IMG/VR virus record: IMGVR_UViG_3300042541_001760
Location: 124,001-188,000 of that record
Reading direction: 5' to 3' (one strand)
Length of the DNA: 64,000 bases
The notes under the pieces are model-generated. The model searched no databases. It had not been told where the DNA came from and worked only from the letters and a program-made list of their open reading frames with translations. Positions 30,854 to 41,023 of the stretch are shown piece by piece. How positions within the stretch are numbered: the stretch's first letter is position 1; every line of letters begins with the position of its first letter. Both the position numbers and the translations under genes were made by a program.

Positions 30854-31726
30854 TTAAAATTTTTTAAAGTTATAATCTTTTATATGTTCCTTCACTGATT
30901 TATAGTGTTCAATAATTTCTTCACTAACGTAAGCATTTTCTAAAGCCGTAAGTATTTCGTCAGCAACTTTTGTTGACATAATTACTATATCCATCTGTGA
31001 TATATGGAAACGATAATTCTTAAAGTAACTCACTATTCTTTCCGCATCTTCATATGGTGTTGAATAAACCCGAATATTCTCATATGCTCCATCAGGACCA
31101 ATTTGAAAGTCATCACTCACATAAGGTGGTTTAGCGTCAAGCATCGCCTCGTATTTTTCCTTGGCAGATATCAATGCTTCGTTTGGTTCGGGGGATTCAT
31201 ATTCCACCTCATTAAGGTAATAGGAGAATCCTTTACTATCGTAATCACCATACTCTTTGTTATCGGTTAAGTCCTTACCATCATATGTAAAATCTGTAAT
31301 TATTTCAAGATTCTCACATAAATCAAGTACAACGGGTTTTAGTTTTCCAATGTCAAACTCATCCTCAATATCAATTTCATAATTCAGGATATTACCCTTA
31401 ACTTGGTCACTAATGATTAGGTAATTATCGTCACGATAAATTGACGTATAATCATAATCATCAAAATAGTATTCTATGAGCTCTAATGTTTTATTATCAT
31501 CAACATATCTAATCGTTATATTATAGTTTTCAGAGTCATTATAGAACCCCGTATGGACTAAATCAGTGTCAAATACATCATCAATTGATAAGATATTGGC
31601 AACATCGTCAATTGAATCAACATTCATTTCAATCTCATTGTCAATTAAATCATTTTTTTGGAACTCAGTTATCTTATGGACATAACAATCCACACCGCGA
31701 CCTGTTATTTCTATTTTATATTTCAT
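30854..31726 (-). CDS. Hypothetical acidic protein
   Basis: ORF 290 aa. Confidence 0.6.
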   Translation of the reverse strand: MKYKIEITGRGVDCYVHKITEFQKNDLIDNEIEMNVDSIDDVANILSIDDVFDTDLVHTGFYNDSENYNITIRYVDDNKTLELIEYYFDDYDYTSIYRDDNYLIISDQVKGNILNYEIDIEDEFDIGKLKPVVLDLCENLEIITDFTYDGKDLTDNKEYGDYDSKGFSYYLNEVEYESPEPNEALISAKEKYEAMLDAKPPYVSDDFQIGPDGAYENIRVYSTPYEDAERIVSYFKNYRFHISQMDIVIMSTKVADEILTALENAYVSEEIIEHYKSVKEHIKDYNFKKF

Positions 31727-31749
31727 AGTTAAATGATAATTATAATTTT

Positions 31750-32391
31750 TTACACTTTCAATCTGTTCTCAATAATTTTACAATAAGTCCCATCAACTTC
31801 ATAACCGATCGTATCATAACCCAAATCCTGAGCAACCTTTAATGTTGTTCCACTACCGGCAAAGATATCAATAATGGTTTCACCCTCCTTTGCGGTTGTT
31901 AAGATTATTTTCCTAATAACTTCTTCGGGTATCTGACAAGGATGTTCAGTTTTTTCCTTACTTACATTCTTAACTTGGTTAATCTCCCACCAATCATATA
32001 ACTTAGCACCCGTCTTACCCTCAGATATTCTCTGTTGTATTCTTTTATCTTTAAGGTTTTTATATGGTTGTAGAACTTTCTTAAAGTCAGGTTTACATCC
32101 CCACCAAGAGATTAATCTGCTCTGTTTCCCTGTGTTTGAATTATATACCCAACAAACAACTTGGTCACACTTTTCCTTGATTGCTCTCGGTAATAAATTA
32201 ATTGTTTCTTCGGGGTAATGAATGATAACACAAGGCGTTGGAATGTGTGATAACAACTCCACATAATCCTCCTCGGACATTCTATCTTTATATTCGTTAT
32301 ATGCGTAACCTTGATTGTATGGTGGGTCGGTTATTACTAAACCATCAGGTATTTCACACTCTCTAAAATCTTCATTAATTATTTTAACCAT
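31750..32391 (-). CDS. DNA methyltransferase (N6-A/N4-C, beta class)
   Basis: TDPPYN catalytic motif; HPCQIPE; DIFAGSGTT SAM-binding motif. Confidence 0.9.
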   Translation of the reverse strand: MVKIINEDFRECEIPDGLVITDPPYNQGYAYNEYKDRMSEEDYVELLSHIPTPCVIIHYPEETINLLPRAIKEKCDQVVCWVYNSNTGKQSRLISWWGCKPDFKKVLQPYKNLKDKRIQQRISEGKTGAKLYDWWEINQVKNVSKEKTEHPCQIPEEVIRKIILTTAKEGETIIDIFAGSGTTLKVAQDLGYDTIGYEVDGTYCKIIENRLKV

Positions 32392-32414
32392 TGGATAATG
32401 ATAATGATTATCCT

Positions 32415-34486
32415 CTAATAAGTCAAACCTCCCATTACTGGTGTTACATTATCTAAGTTATAAGTTTCTTTCAACCACCCCTTCAAAATTAATCTCTCAT
32501 CATCCTGACTAAGATGGAAAATAGATTCAACTTTTGACCAAATATGTTTATAACTAATAAAAATAAATCCATTTTTTTCATTGTGTTCCATTACTAACTC
32601 ATGATCGGAATTCAAATAAAATACTTTATTAGAAAAATTATTATATTTGTTTGGTGTTAAATTACCGTAGTGTTGTTTTAACCACTTGATAGCCACCCTA
32701 TATAACTGATCCTTATTTACCTGTATGTCCATAATCTATAAATACCTTAATTAAGGACTATAAGGTCTAAAACCACCCAATTTGTAAGTCTCTTTCAACC
32801 ATTTATGAATAATTGATTCGCTATCTTCATAACTAAGATTAAAAATAGTTTTTATTTGTTCAAAAATTAAATCGTCAATATAAATATATTTACCATATTT
32901 AGCTTTAAGGTGGGACATCATAATCTCATCACTTGAATTTACATAAAACATTTCGTCAGGATGATCATCAAACTCCTTTTGTTTTAAATCACCATAGTAT
33001 ATGTTTAACCACTTTATAGCCACTCTCTCTAACTGATCCTTATTTACTTGTATGTCCATAATATATAAATACCTTAACTATCCCAATCCGTAATCTCATC
33101 AAACCCCCAATTATTCTTTAGTGGTGTTACATCATCATCCAATCCGTATGTTTCTTTTAACCAAACGTTAATAATTGATTGTACTTCCAAATATTTAAGA
33201 TGAAAAATGGAGTGAAGTTTTGACCATATACGGTCATTATCAATAAGAATATCTTTACGATGTCTAAGAATGTAATCGTATTCCATTATTATTTCATTTT
33301 TGTTATTAACAAAAAAGATAGTATATGGCACGTTTGTATGTTTTTTTGGTGTTAGATTACCATAGTGTTGATTTAACCACTTTATAACTACTCTCTCTAA
33401 CTGATGTCTATTTACCTGTATGTCCATAATATCTTATTCAAAACCAAAATTTAATGCTAAACGAGTCTGGCTTACCGTTATTCCCTCTAAGTTATATGTT
33501 TCTTTCAACCATACCTCTAATATTGATTGGATTTCATTATACTTAATATGGAAGATGTCTGTTATTTTTGACCAAAGGATATCACTATCAACCCAAACAG
33601 TGGGTTCATATTTATTATCCTTTTCATATTCTAATACGGTTACCCCTCGTTTATCTACGTAAAATACTTTACCAGGGATATTCAAATACGTTTTTGTTGT
33701 TAAGTCACCATAGTATATGTTTAACCACTTGATAACTACCCTAAACATTTGTTCTTTATTTACCTGTATGTCCATTATTTATTAGTTTTTTTTATTAAGG
33801 CTATCCGCAACCTTCCTCCAACGGAACTCGTAAAACCCTGAATCACTGGAAGGTCTAACATCTTTTAATCCGTAAGTATCTCTCAACCATACCTGCATAA
33901 TTGATTGAGTATCCATTTCATTAAGGTGAAAGATAGATTCTATCATTAACCAAATATCAGTATCAACCCAAACATCTTCATGTTCTGGAACCCACTCCAT
34001 TATAACTTTATTTTTGGGATCAACATAAAATAACGATTCAGAATAAGTATTATGTTCTACAGGTCTTAAATTACCAAAGTATTTATTTAACCACTTGATA
34101 ACTACCCTATATACTTGTTCTTCATTTACCTCTATATCCATAATTTATCCTAAATATTATATTGTATGACCTTGCCAACTTGTATCCTCTAACGGCATCA
34201 CACCCTCCAATTTGTATGTTTCTTCCAACCAAGCACTCATAATCGCTCTATTTTCACGAAGGCTAAGATGAAAAATGGATTCAACTTTTGACCAAATACC
34301 TTCTCTATCAATCCAAACACGATTGGTTTCTTGATTGTGCTCTATCATAATATAACTACCCGAATTTACATAAAATACTTTATTGGGGTAATCTTTATGC
34401 GTCTTTGGTGTTAAGTTTCCGTAGTGTTTGTTTAACCACTTGATAACTACCCTAAATACTTGTTCTCTATTTACCTGTATGTCCAT
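32415..34486 (-). repeat. Tandem array of six MDIQVN paralogs (32415-32732, 32751-33059, 33074-33427, 33434-33775, 33782-34141, 34157-34486)
   Basis: All start MDI[QE]VN..Q..RV.IKWL..xxGxL and contain IFxL...WLxxTYxL; the 5' nucleotide block ATGGAYATACARGTAAATA is conserved. Confidence 0.9.
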
Positions 34487-34541
34487 TATCCAATAAATAT
34501 ATAATAAAACAAAAAACCCCAATTAAAGTTGGGGTTTTATA

Positions 34542-35248
34542 TTAATCTTCGGGTACATTTAGATATATCCAAGATATATCAGTATACTCTATTAAGAGAT
34601 ACAATGTATTAGTTTCCAAATTATGACCTACATAAGTGAAGCATCTTTTACCATCGGGATCAACACATAAAAACTTTGTGGACTCAGATAGTTTTTCACT
34701 ACCACCGATTGTTCTGTAAACTTGTTCGTCTTTTGAATATATTGTTATTGTGTTATTAAGATATTTTATTAATACATTTGTCTTGATAGATTCACTCCAA
34801 TCAACTTTACCTGTTGAGTCATTTTTAATTCCGTAACTGAAACTATAAGACCTCACATATGTTGGTTGTGAGAATCCGTAGGTTGTTAATAAAAGTAATA
34901 GTAATATTGTTAGTATTTTTTTCATAATATGTATTAGTTATTTATTTTCCATTTTGTTTCCTCTTTATTGGTTGTCCAATATATTTTTAGGTCAGCCTCA
35001 TTTGGATCAGTAACAAAAAATACTTTACGACCCCTTGAATATGTGATGGGGGCAAGGTAAATACATCCAGGTCTTGTACATTCAAGTTCTGACTTTACTT
35101 TAACACCAATGATGTCAGCCTCTGACTTTACTTTTGTTTCATATACAAGGTAGTCAGCCTGTAATCTGTTCTTAATAGGTTTCCAAATCTGACCAAAAGA
35201 TGTTATGGTGATTAACATTAATACCACAGAAAAAATCGCTTTAGACAT
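34542..35248 (-). CDS. Two secreted Bacteroidota-like proteins
   Basis: Signal peptides ending GFSQ and SFGQ; the second has repeated EAD motifs. Confidence 0.6.
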
Positions 35249-36304
35249 AGTTAAGTTGTTTTTATATGTTAAAATCCTTCTTCGTCAAATTCTTCACCAA
35301 TACCCATAAAATAATCTTGTGCCTTATCATTGACGTATTTCTCAAGTTCGTTCGCGGCTTTAAGGTATTTTTTTCGTAGTTCGTGGAATTTTTCGTCGTT
35401 AACTTCGGGGAATGAACTATAGTTTGCGAAACAATAGTGAAACCCCTCTTGATTCATTTTAGCCCTTACATATTCAAAATTTTCTCCGTCCATAGTATTA
35501 TATGTTATGTTTTTTTCGTAAGTAATCAAAATATAAGTTCGATCCTTTATATACAAGGTAAAAACTCATACAAGTTGCGCCGAATATTATCAACTCAATA
35601 AAGTTTGACAATACAAAATAAATCGCAAATACGATTATGAATATGGCGAACCAAACAGATGTTCGTACAATTGAACCTAAGAATCTACCGAATTGATTGA
35701 ATATTTCCATATGAAAGTTTATTGATATACAAATATACTTACTATATTTGACATATCAAAATTTATTTTATGACTTAACCTCCCTGTTTGTAAGTAAAAT
35801 CTACATCTATATCAAATAATCCTTTCGGTAATAATCCATATAATCTGTCCGTTATTTGGCTAAATAGTTCCAACTCACCACCTGAAGGTACATCACGTCT
35901 CACAGGATTAATGTTAGTATCAGTTAATCCATCCATATCATAGGTTTCAATTTTTACAATTCTAACATACACAGTTCCATAATATTTTACACCTTCTTGA
36001 ATTCTATCTAAACCTCTGTGAGTTTTATTATGATTCTCAATATATTCCTCATCAATTTCAACTATATCTGTTTTAGGATCATACATAACGGTAACGATAT
36101 CTAAGTAATCGTCACCCATTGGTGATCCATATTGTATTTCATAACGATTAACTATGTTAACCATTTTTTCAATCACTCTTTCAATCCTTTTTTGTGTTGG
36201 TGTTTTTCCCATATTAATAAATATAGTTATATTTGCGTTTATCTACACCATTTCCCATTGAGTATTTACTTAATTTGTTTTATTTTTAATTAAAATTTAT
36301 AGAA

Positions 36305-36655
36305 ATGCATCCAATTATACACGCAAAATCAAACGCAAAGAAGTTCGGAGGTAAGTGGGAGGATTATATTCACCTACACGAATGGATGGACTCAACTAAA
36401 TCTTGGGTTTGTCATTCCATACATAGAATGTTCAGACATCATGCAGAGGGTATTTTTGATGGTGAAAAGGTATTTGGATCCCACTTTACAAATTCCGATG
36501 GTAAAGTGGTATATACTCGTTATTGTTTGGAACAACACGTAAAGGAGGATTGTAATAATTATGTTCCAACGGCAAAGGAATGGTTGGATGCTATTGACTC
36601 CAAAGAAAAACCATTATGGATGTTAAAAACAATGAAACTAAACATAGAAGATTGA
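36305..36655 (+). CDS. DUF6915-like (HD-like) protein
   Basis: MHPIIHAKSNAKKFGG...HEWMDSTK...HR..RHH..GI...EQHVKEDC; family name from recollection. Confidence 0.55.
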   Translation: MHPIIHAKSNAKKFGGKWEDYIHLHEWMDSTKSWVCHSIHRMFRHHAEGIFDGEKVFGSHFTNSDGKVVYTRYCLEQHVKEDCNNYVPTAKEWLDAIDSKEKPLWMLKTMKLNIED

Positions 36656-36668
36656 TATTTATTAAATT

Positions 36669-37403
36669 ATGGAATTTAATTTTACAGACGAGGACAAAAA
36701 AACCCTAAATGTTCTAAGAGCGAGATGTAAAGTCGCTGGGTTAGGTGATGGGATTATTAGAGAATTTAGAATAGATGAAAATGGTAATCTTGACGACTCT
36801 TGGTATACGGATGATTTTACATCTATAACTAACGAGTTGACTATAGATTCATATCCCGAAATTAACAAATTATTTTATCAGATATATGAAGATAATCAAT
36901 CTTATTTTTTATCACCATTTGATGAATATTCAGAGGAAACAAGGGGTAGGTTTATGTTTTACATAAACTTTAAAGATAAGATTATCTCATTCTCATCAGT
37001 AATAAATTACTATACAACAAACGAATCCGAAACTGAGGGTATTGTTTCAGAATTATTTAATACAAAGCCTCAAGCTTATGATGAGTTTATTGAGATATAT
37101 CAAAACACAACACCTGAATATAGGAAGTTAACATTCACATTTGATGGTGGTGGTGATAGTGGTTATGTTGAGAATCAAGGTGAGAATGAAGATGGTGATT
37201 CTGTTGAACTAACGGGTCCGATTGAAGATGTTTGTTATGAAATATTAAATAAAGAATTTAGTGGTTGGGAAATTAACGAGGGATCAAATGGAAGAATAGT
37301 TTTTGATTTTAGTGATGTTAATAATGTAACATACTATGTTGATTTTCATATGAATGTTGAGGCCGCTGATGACCACGAATATGAAGAAGTGTTAAAGTTT
37401 TAA
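36669..37403 (+). CDS. DUF6878-like protein
   Basis: FDGGGDSG and GWEINEGSNG motifs; adjacent to the DUF6915-like gene. Confidence 0.5.
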   Translation: MEFNFTDEDKKTLNVLRARCKVAGLGDGIIREFRIDENGNLDDSWYTDDFTSITNELTIDSYPEINKLFYQIYEDNQSYFLSPFDEYSEETRGRFMFYINFKDKIISFSSVINYYTTNESETEGIVSELFNTKPQAYDEFIEIYQNTTPEYRKLTFTFDGGGDSGYVENQGENEDGDSVELTGPIEDVCYEILNKEFSGWEINEGSNGRIVFDFSDVNNVTYYVDFHMNVEAADDHEYEEVLKF

Positions 37404-37459
37404 TAAAAAACCCCACCTTAAATTAATAGAGTGGGGTTATTTTTTGCCAGGTCGGGGTA

Positions 37460-37903
37460 TTATTTTAAGTTTTCCAACTTATATATTGTGGATTGGATTA
37501 ACTCAACCGCACCATCAATTTGATTTTGAATGTAACTTTCCTGTATTGATTGACGAAGATTCTCAATATCCTCAGATAATCCTTTTAGAAACCCAATAAC
37601 CTCATCAGATGTCGTATAATCAGCAACCTGATATGATTTATAACCTTTAAGGATTCCGTACTTACCTTGATATGATTCAACCAACCCATCGGTAATATCA
37701 GGAACTCCATCATAATAAGTATTCAAAGCCATATGTTCTGAAAATGATTGACTTTGCCAGTGATATACGTGAGTTTGGTCTCTTGAGAATACTAATTTAG
37801 ATATCATCTCAACGAATGGATTTGTATCCATTATCTCTTGCTCTTTAAGAAGTCCTCTTTTTTTCATTTCTTGTTCTACTTGCTTTAATGTATTATCTTC
37901 CAT
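37460..37903 (-). CDS. Ferritin/Dps-like protein (DUF5856-like)
   Basis: HVYHWQ...EHMALNTYYD...DGLVESYQGKYG four-helix pattern. Confidence 0.75.
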   Translation of the reverse strand: MEDNTLKQVEQEMKKRGLLKEQEIMDTNPFVEMISKLVFSRDQTHVYHWQSQSFSEHMALNTYYDGVPDITDGLVESYQGKYGILKGYKSYQVADYTTSDEVIGFLKGLSEDIENLRQSIQESYIQNQIDGAVELIQSTIYKLENLK

Positions 37904-37939
37904 AATGTTTTTTATTAATAAATATATCAACTAACCTGT

Positions 37940-38749
37940 TTATTCTTGTAATAACTTATACGCTCTTGCTAATCTTGTGAGACCTATTCCTGCACCAAAT
38001 CTGCTAAAGAAATTTAATGACAGGAACTCATCCAATTCTTTCTCAACTCTTTCTTTTCCGAACAGTTCAAAAAGTTTATCCGAGTATTTACCATCCTCAA
38101 TTGTATAAAACAACTCTCTCATTTCTTTCACATCACAACTTCTCTCAGCGCTTCCGATTGTTTCTTGTCCGAACAATATAACATCAACCTTATTAAATGT
38201 TCCATCCTCGTTTCTTTTCATATTCCAAAATGGATTGGTTCTTAATGGGAACTTTTGAAGTGATATTGACGATCCTAAACTTCCCCACATCATTGTCTCT
38301 TGTTCATCCTCTAAAATAGATACATTATATTTTCTACACATATCTTCATATGTAATTTCCAATGGTGGTTTAAACCCTAAGAATTCCAATAACTCTTTTT
38401 CTAATTGTTTTAAATCCTCAAAAGTTCCTTTACTCTCCACCTCAAACATTGGGAATATTAATTCGTGTCTACCAGGGATTGGATTCTTCTCTTGTCTGTA
38501 TGATGTTGATATACAAAATACACCTTCCCATTCAGGATTCTTCAATAATTCATACTCCAACCACATCTGTCCTGTTTGTGGTAATGGCCAAACCTCACCA
38601 TTGTAATCAAATGTTGTGATTGAATGTGGATTCTCGCATGCCGCCAAAATTGATAATCTTGATTGTGTTGGTACCTCAACATACCCTTTACGAAGAAAAA
38701 ATGTTCTCATTCGCTGAACTAACTCATTGTAAATTTTTGTGTCTTTCAT
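37940..38749 (-). CDS. Class II aaRS catalytic core without anticodon-binding domain (archaeal-type asparagine synthetase A-like)
   Basis: Motif 1 FF..GYVEVPT, motif 2 YRQE...RH..IFPMFE, motif 3 GAGIGLTRL; only 269 aa, no OB fold. Confidence 0.8.
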   Translation of the reverse strand: MKDTKIYNELVQRMRTFFLRKGYVEVPTQSRLSILAACENPHSITTFDYNGEVWPLPQTGQMWLEYELLKNPEWEGVFCISTSYRQEKNPIPGRHELIFPMFEVESKGTFEDLKQLEKELLEFLGFKPPLEITYEDMCRKYNVSILEDEQETMMWGSLGSSISLQKFPLRTNPFWNMKRNEDGTFNKVDVILFGQETIGSAERSCDVKEMRELFYTIEDGKYSDKLFELFGKERVEKELDEFLSLNFFSRFGAGIGLTRLARAYKLLQE

Positions 38750-38809
38750 TTTTTATTTTTATTTTAGTTTATAGGCAAAAAAAATCCCCAAATAAGATGG
38801 GGATTAATA

Positions 38810-39175
38810 TTACTTAATTAATTTTATGTATTCTTTTCGGTCAGAATAAAAACTGAAACAAGTTAATGCTACAAGTAAAAGTCCGATGCCAGGTGCTCCA
38901 ACCATTAAAAGTTCAAACAATAGAATGTTAATCACAATTGGGGTTAACATAATAAGTGATATTTTTTTAAATCGTGGAATTAGTAATGTGATTCCCAATA
39001 CAATCTCTAACACTTTAATTACGGATAGATATCCTGTTGAGTATAGAACTCCCATAAATGTTGCGGGGTCTCCTTCCATTGGTGGAAGCGGCATAAAGTT
39101 CAGAAAGAAATTTAATCCGAATACGATAAAGATTAATGATAGTAAGTAGTTTGGTAAGTTTTTTAAGTATTTCAT
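38810..39175 (-). CDS. DoxX-family membrane protein
   Basis: Four hydrophobic segments, FGLNFF, LE..LG..LL, PI.INI..F. Confidence 0.75.
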   Translation of the reverse strand: MKYLKNLPNYLLSLIFIVFGLNFFLNFMPLPPMEGDPATFMGVLYSTGYLSVIKVLEIVLGITLLIPRFKKISLIMLTPIVINILLFELLMVGAPGIGLLLVALTCFSFYSDRKEYIKLIK

Positions 39176-39224
39176 AAGATATATTTTTTTATTAAACTTA
39201 TGAAAAATAGTTGTATTGTAAACT

Positions 39225-40280
39225 CTACTTCTTGATTTTTATATCCGTATGACTATCGTAATACTCGGTATCTCTATGAATTCTATCTACTTCGTAGTCA
39301 TATTTGTTAATACCATCCGCACTATCATCATCTAAATAATATTCAATAATATCTCTTTCACCTTCAGAGTATGTTTCAATTTCAATATAATAACTAGTAT
39401 CAACTATCTCATGATGAGTTTCGGTATATGTGACCATTGCCGTTTTCAATTCGGGGATAATAATATTATCAACACTTAAAGTTCCATTTTTTAAATGTTC
39501 TTTATTCTTCTTTATTAAGGCATAAACATAATCGGCATCGGCCGTATATTCAGTTTTAATACCTAACTTTTTACTTGCATTATTTAAATCACGATGAGTA
39601 AACCCATAATAATATTCCGCACTTAAAGTAGGATATACTTGTTTTAAAAAAAACACCAAAAAACGATTGTCAAATTCTGTAATTCTTACCATTTTATTTT
39701 AATTAAACTCACAAATACCAAAATACTCAATATTAATCTTTCCTAATATACCTGACAATACACTACTAAATAAAGAACCCTCCTCACCATATTTACCTCT
39801 TAAATGATTTTGTACCTCTAATACAATTTCAGTTGCTAGTGGGGTTTCGTCGGGGACTAAACTACCAATTAATTTTATTATCCCTTGAAACATCGGAGCG
39901 TTAAATGAGTTATAAAGGATTTTTATCGCCTCATTAACCGTACTAACCTTTAAATCTGTTTTAAGATTTACAAAAAAGTCATCTATTACTCCAAAAATTG
40001 GTGTTAGTTTTGATTTAAGATACGGATCTAACTTAGCTTTATTCTCGCCACAATATTGGGTTGTCCATTCCTTATAATCACTCATATGATTTGCGGGAAA
40101 AACGCTAACAAGTAGTTTAACTATGTTTTGTATTTGGTCTCTATATTTCCAAATTATCCCTATGCCGCCCTTTTCATCCGCTCCTTTAGTTGGGGTTTGT
40201 TTTGTTGTTCCTGAAGTTGTTTGTTCATACAGGCTCAATATTCTTTTTTTCTCTTCTTCGGTGATTACAAATTTTTTCAT
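39225..40280 (-). CDS. Two hypothetical proteins (39225-39692, 39699-40280)
   Basis: 39699-40280 has the MKKFVITEEEKKRIL leader and TATTTATA upstream. Confidence 0.6.
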
Positions 40281-40294
40281 ATATATAAATATAC

Positions 40295-41023
40295 CTATCT
40301 TCCCATTTTAACATTTGATCTTGGTCTGACATTCATATTATTTTTATGAGATGGTTGTGGTGAATGTCTTGGTTGTTGTTTAACAGGTTGTTGATATTGT
40401 CTAACGTCTTGTCTTGGTTGTTGTCTAACAGGTTGTTGATACTCTTGTCTTTGTTGAACCTGTCTATCGGGTTGTTTGTATTGTCTGATATCCTGTCTTG
40501 GTTGTTCCTTTACAGGTTGGGTATATTGTCTTACAGGATTATTATCAGAATATGTTTTATAGTTTGTTTGTTTTACCGAACTATAATTGTTTTGTTTTAC
40601 AGAATTATAATTATTTTGTTGTACGGGTTTCCAACAATTATTTGCCGATTGATAAAAAGGATTGTAGTAATTGTGGTGGTGATGATGGTTGTGATAATTC
40701 CAATTATTATATCCGTATGTTGGATAAGGATTATACCAATTATAGTAATTATTATAACCATAAAATTGATAAGGATTCCAATTAAAATTCCAACTATTAG
40801 CGTAGTAATTATAATTCACAAAATAGTATCTATAAAATGGTAGATAATAGTCGATCGAGTAGAAGGATGTGAACGAATATGTCGGAACATATGTTATCGT
40901 TGGGTAATCCTGAACTATAATTTCTTGTACTGGTGTATATGAACTCAGTGATTGACTCTTCACATAGTATCTTGAACAAGACGATAATAATACAATTAAT
41001 AGGATGTAGAATAAATTTTTCAT
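40295..41023 (-). CDS. Low-complexity lipoprotein (Y/N-rich then Q/P/R repeats)
   Basis: Lipobox LSSC; repeated YQQPVRQQPRQD units. Confidence 0.65.
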   Translation of the reverse strand: MKNLFYILLIVLLSSCSRYYVKSQSLSSYTPVQEIIVQDYPTITYVPTYSFTSFYSIDYYLPFYRYYFVNYNYYANSWNFNWNPYQFYGYNNYYNWYNPYPTYGYNNWNYHNHHHHHNYYNPFYQSANNCWKPVQQNNYNSVKQNNYSSVKQTNYKTYSDNNPVRQYTQPVKEQPRQDIRQYKQPDRQVQQRQEYQQPVRQQPRQDVRQYQQPVKQQPRHSPQPSHKNNMNVRPRSNVKMGR

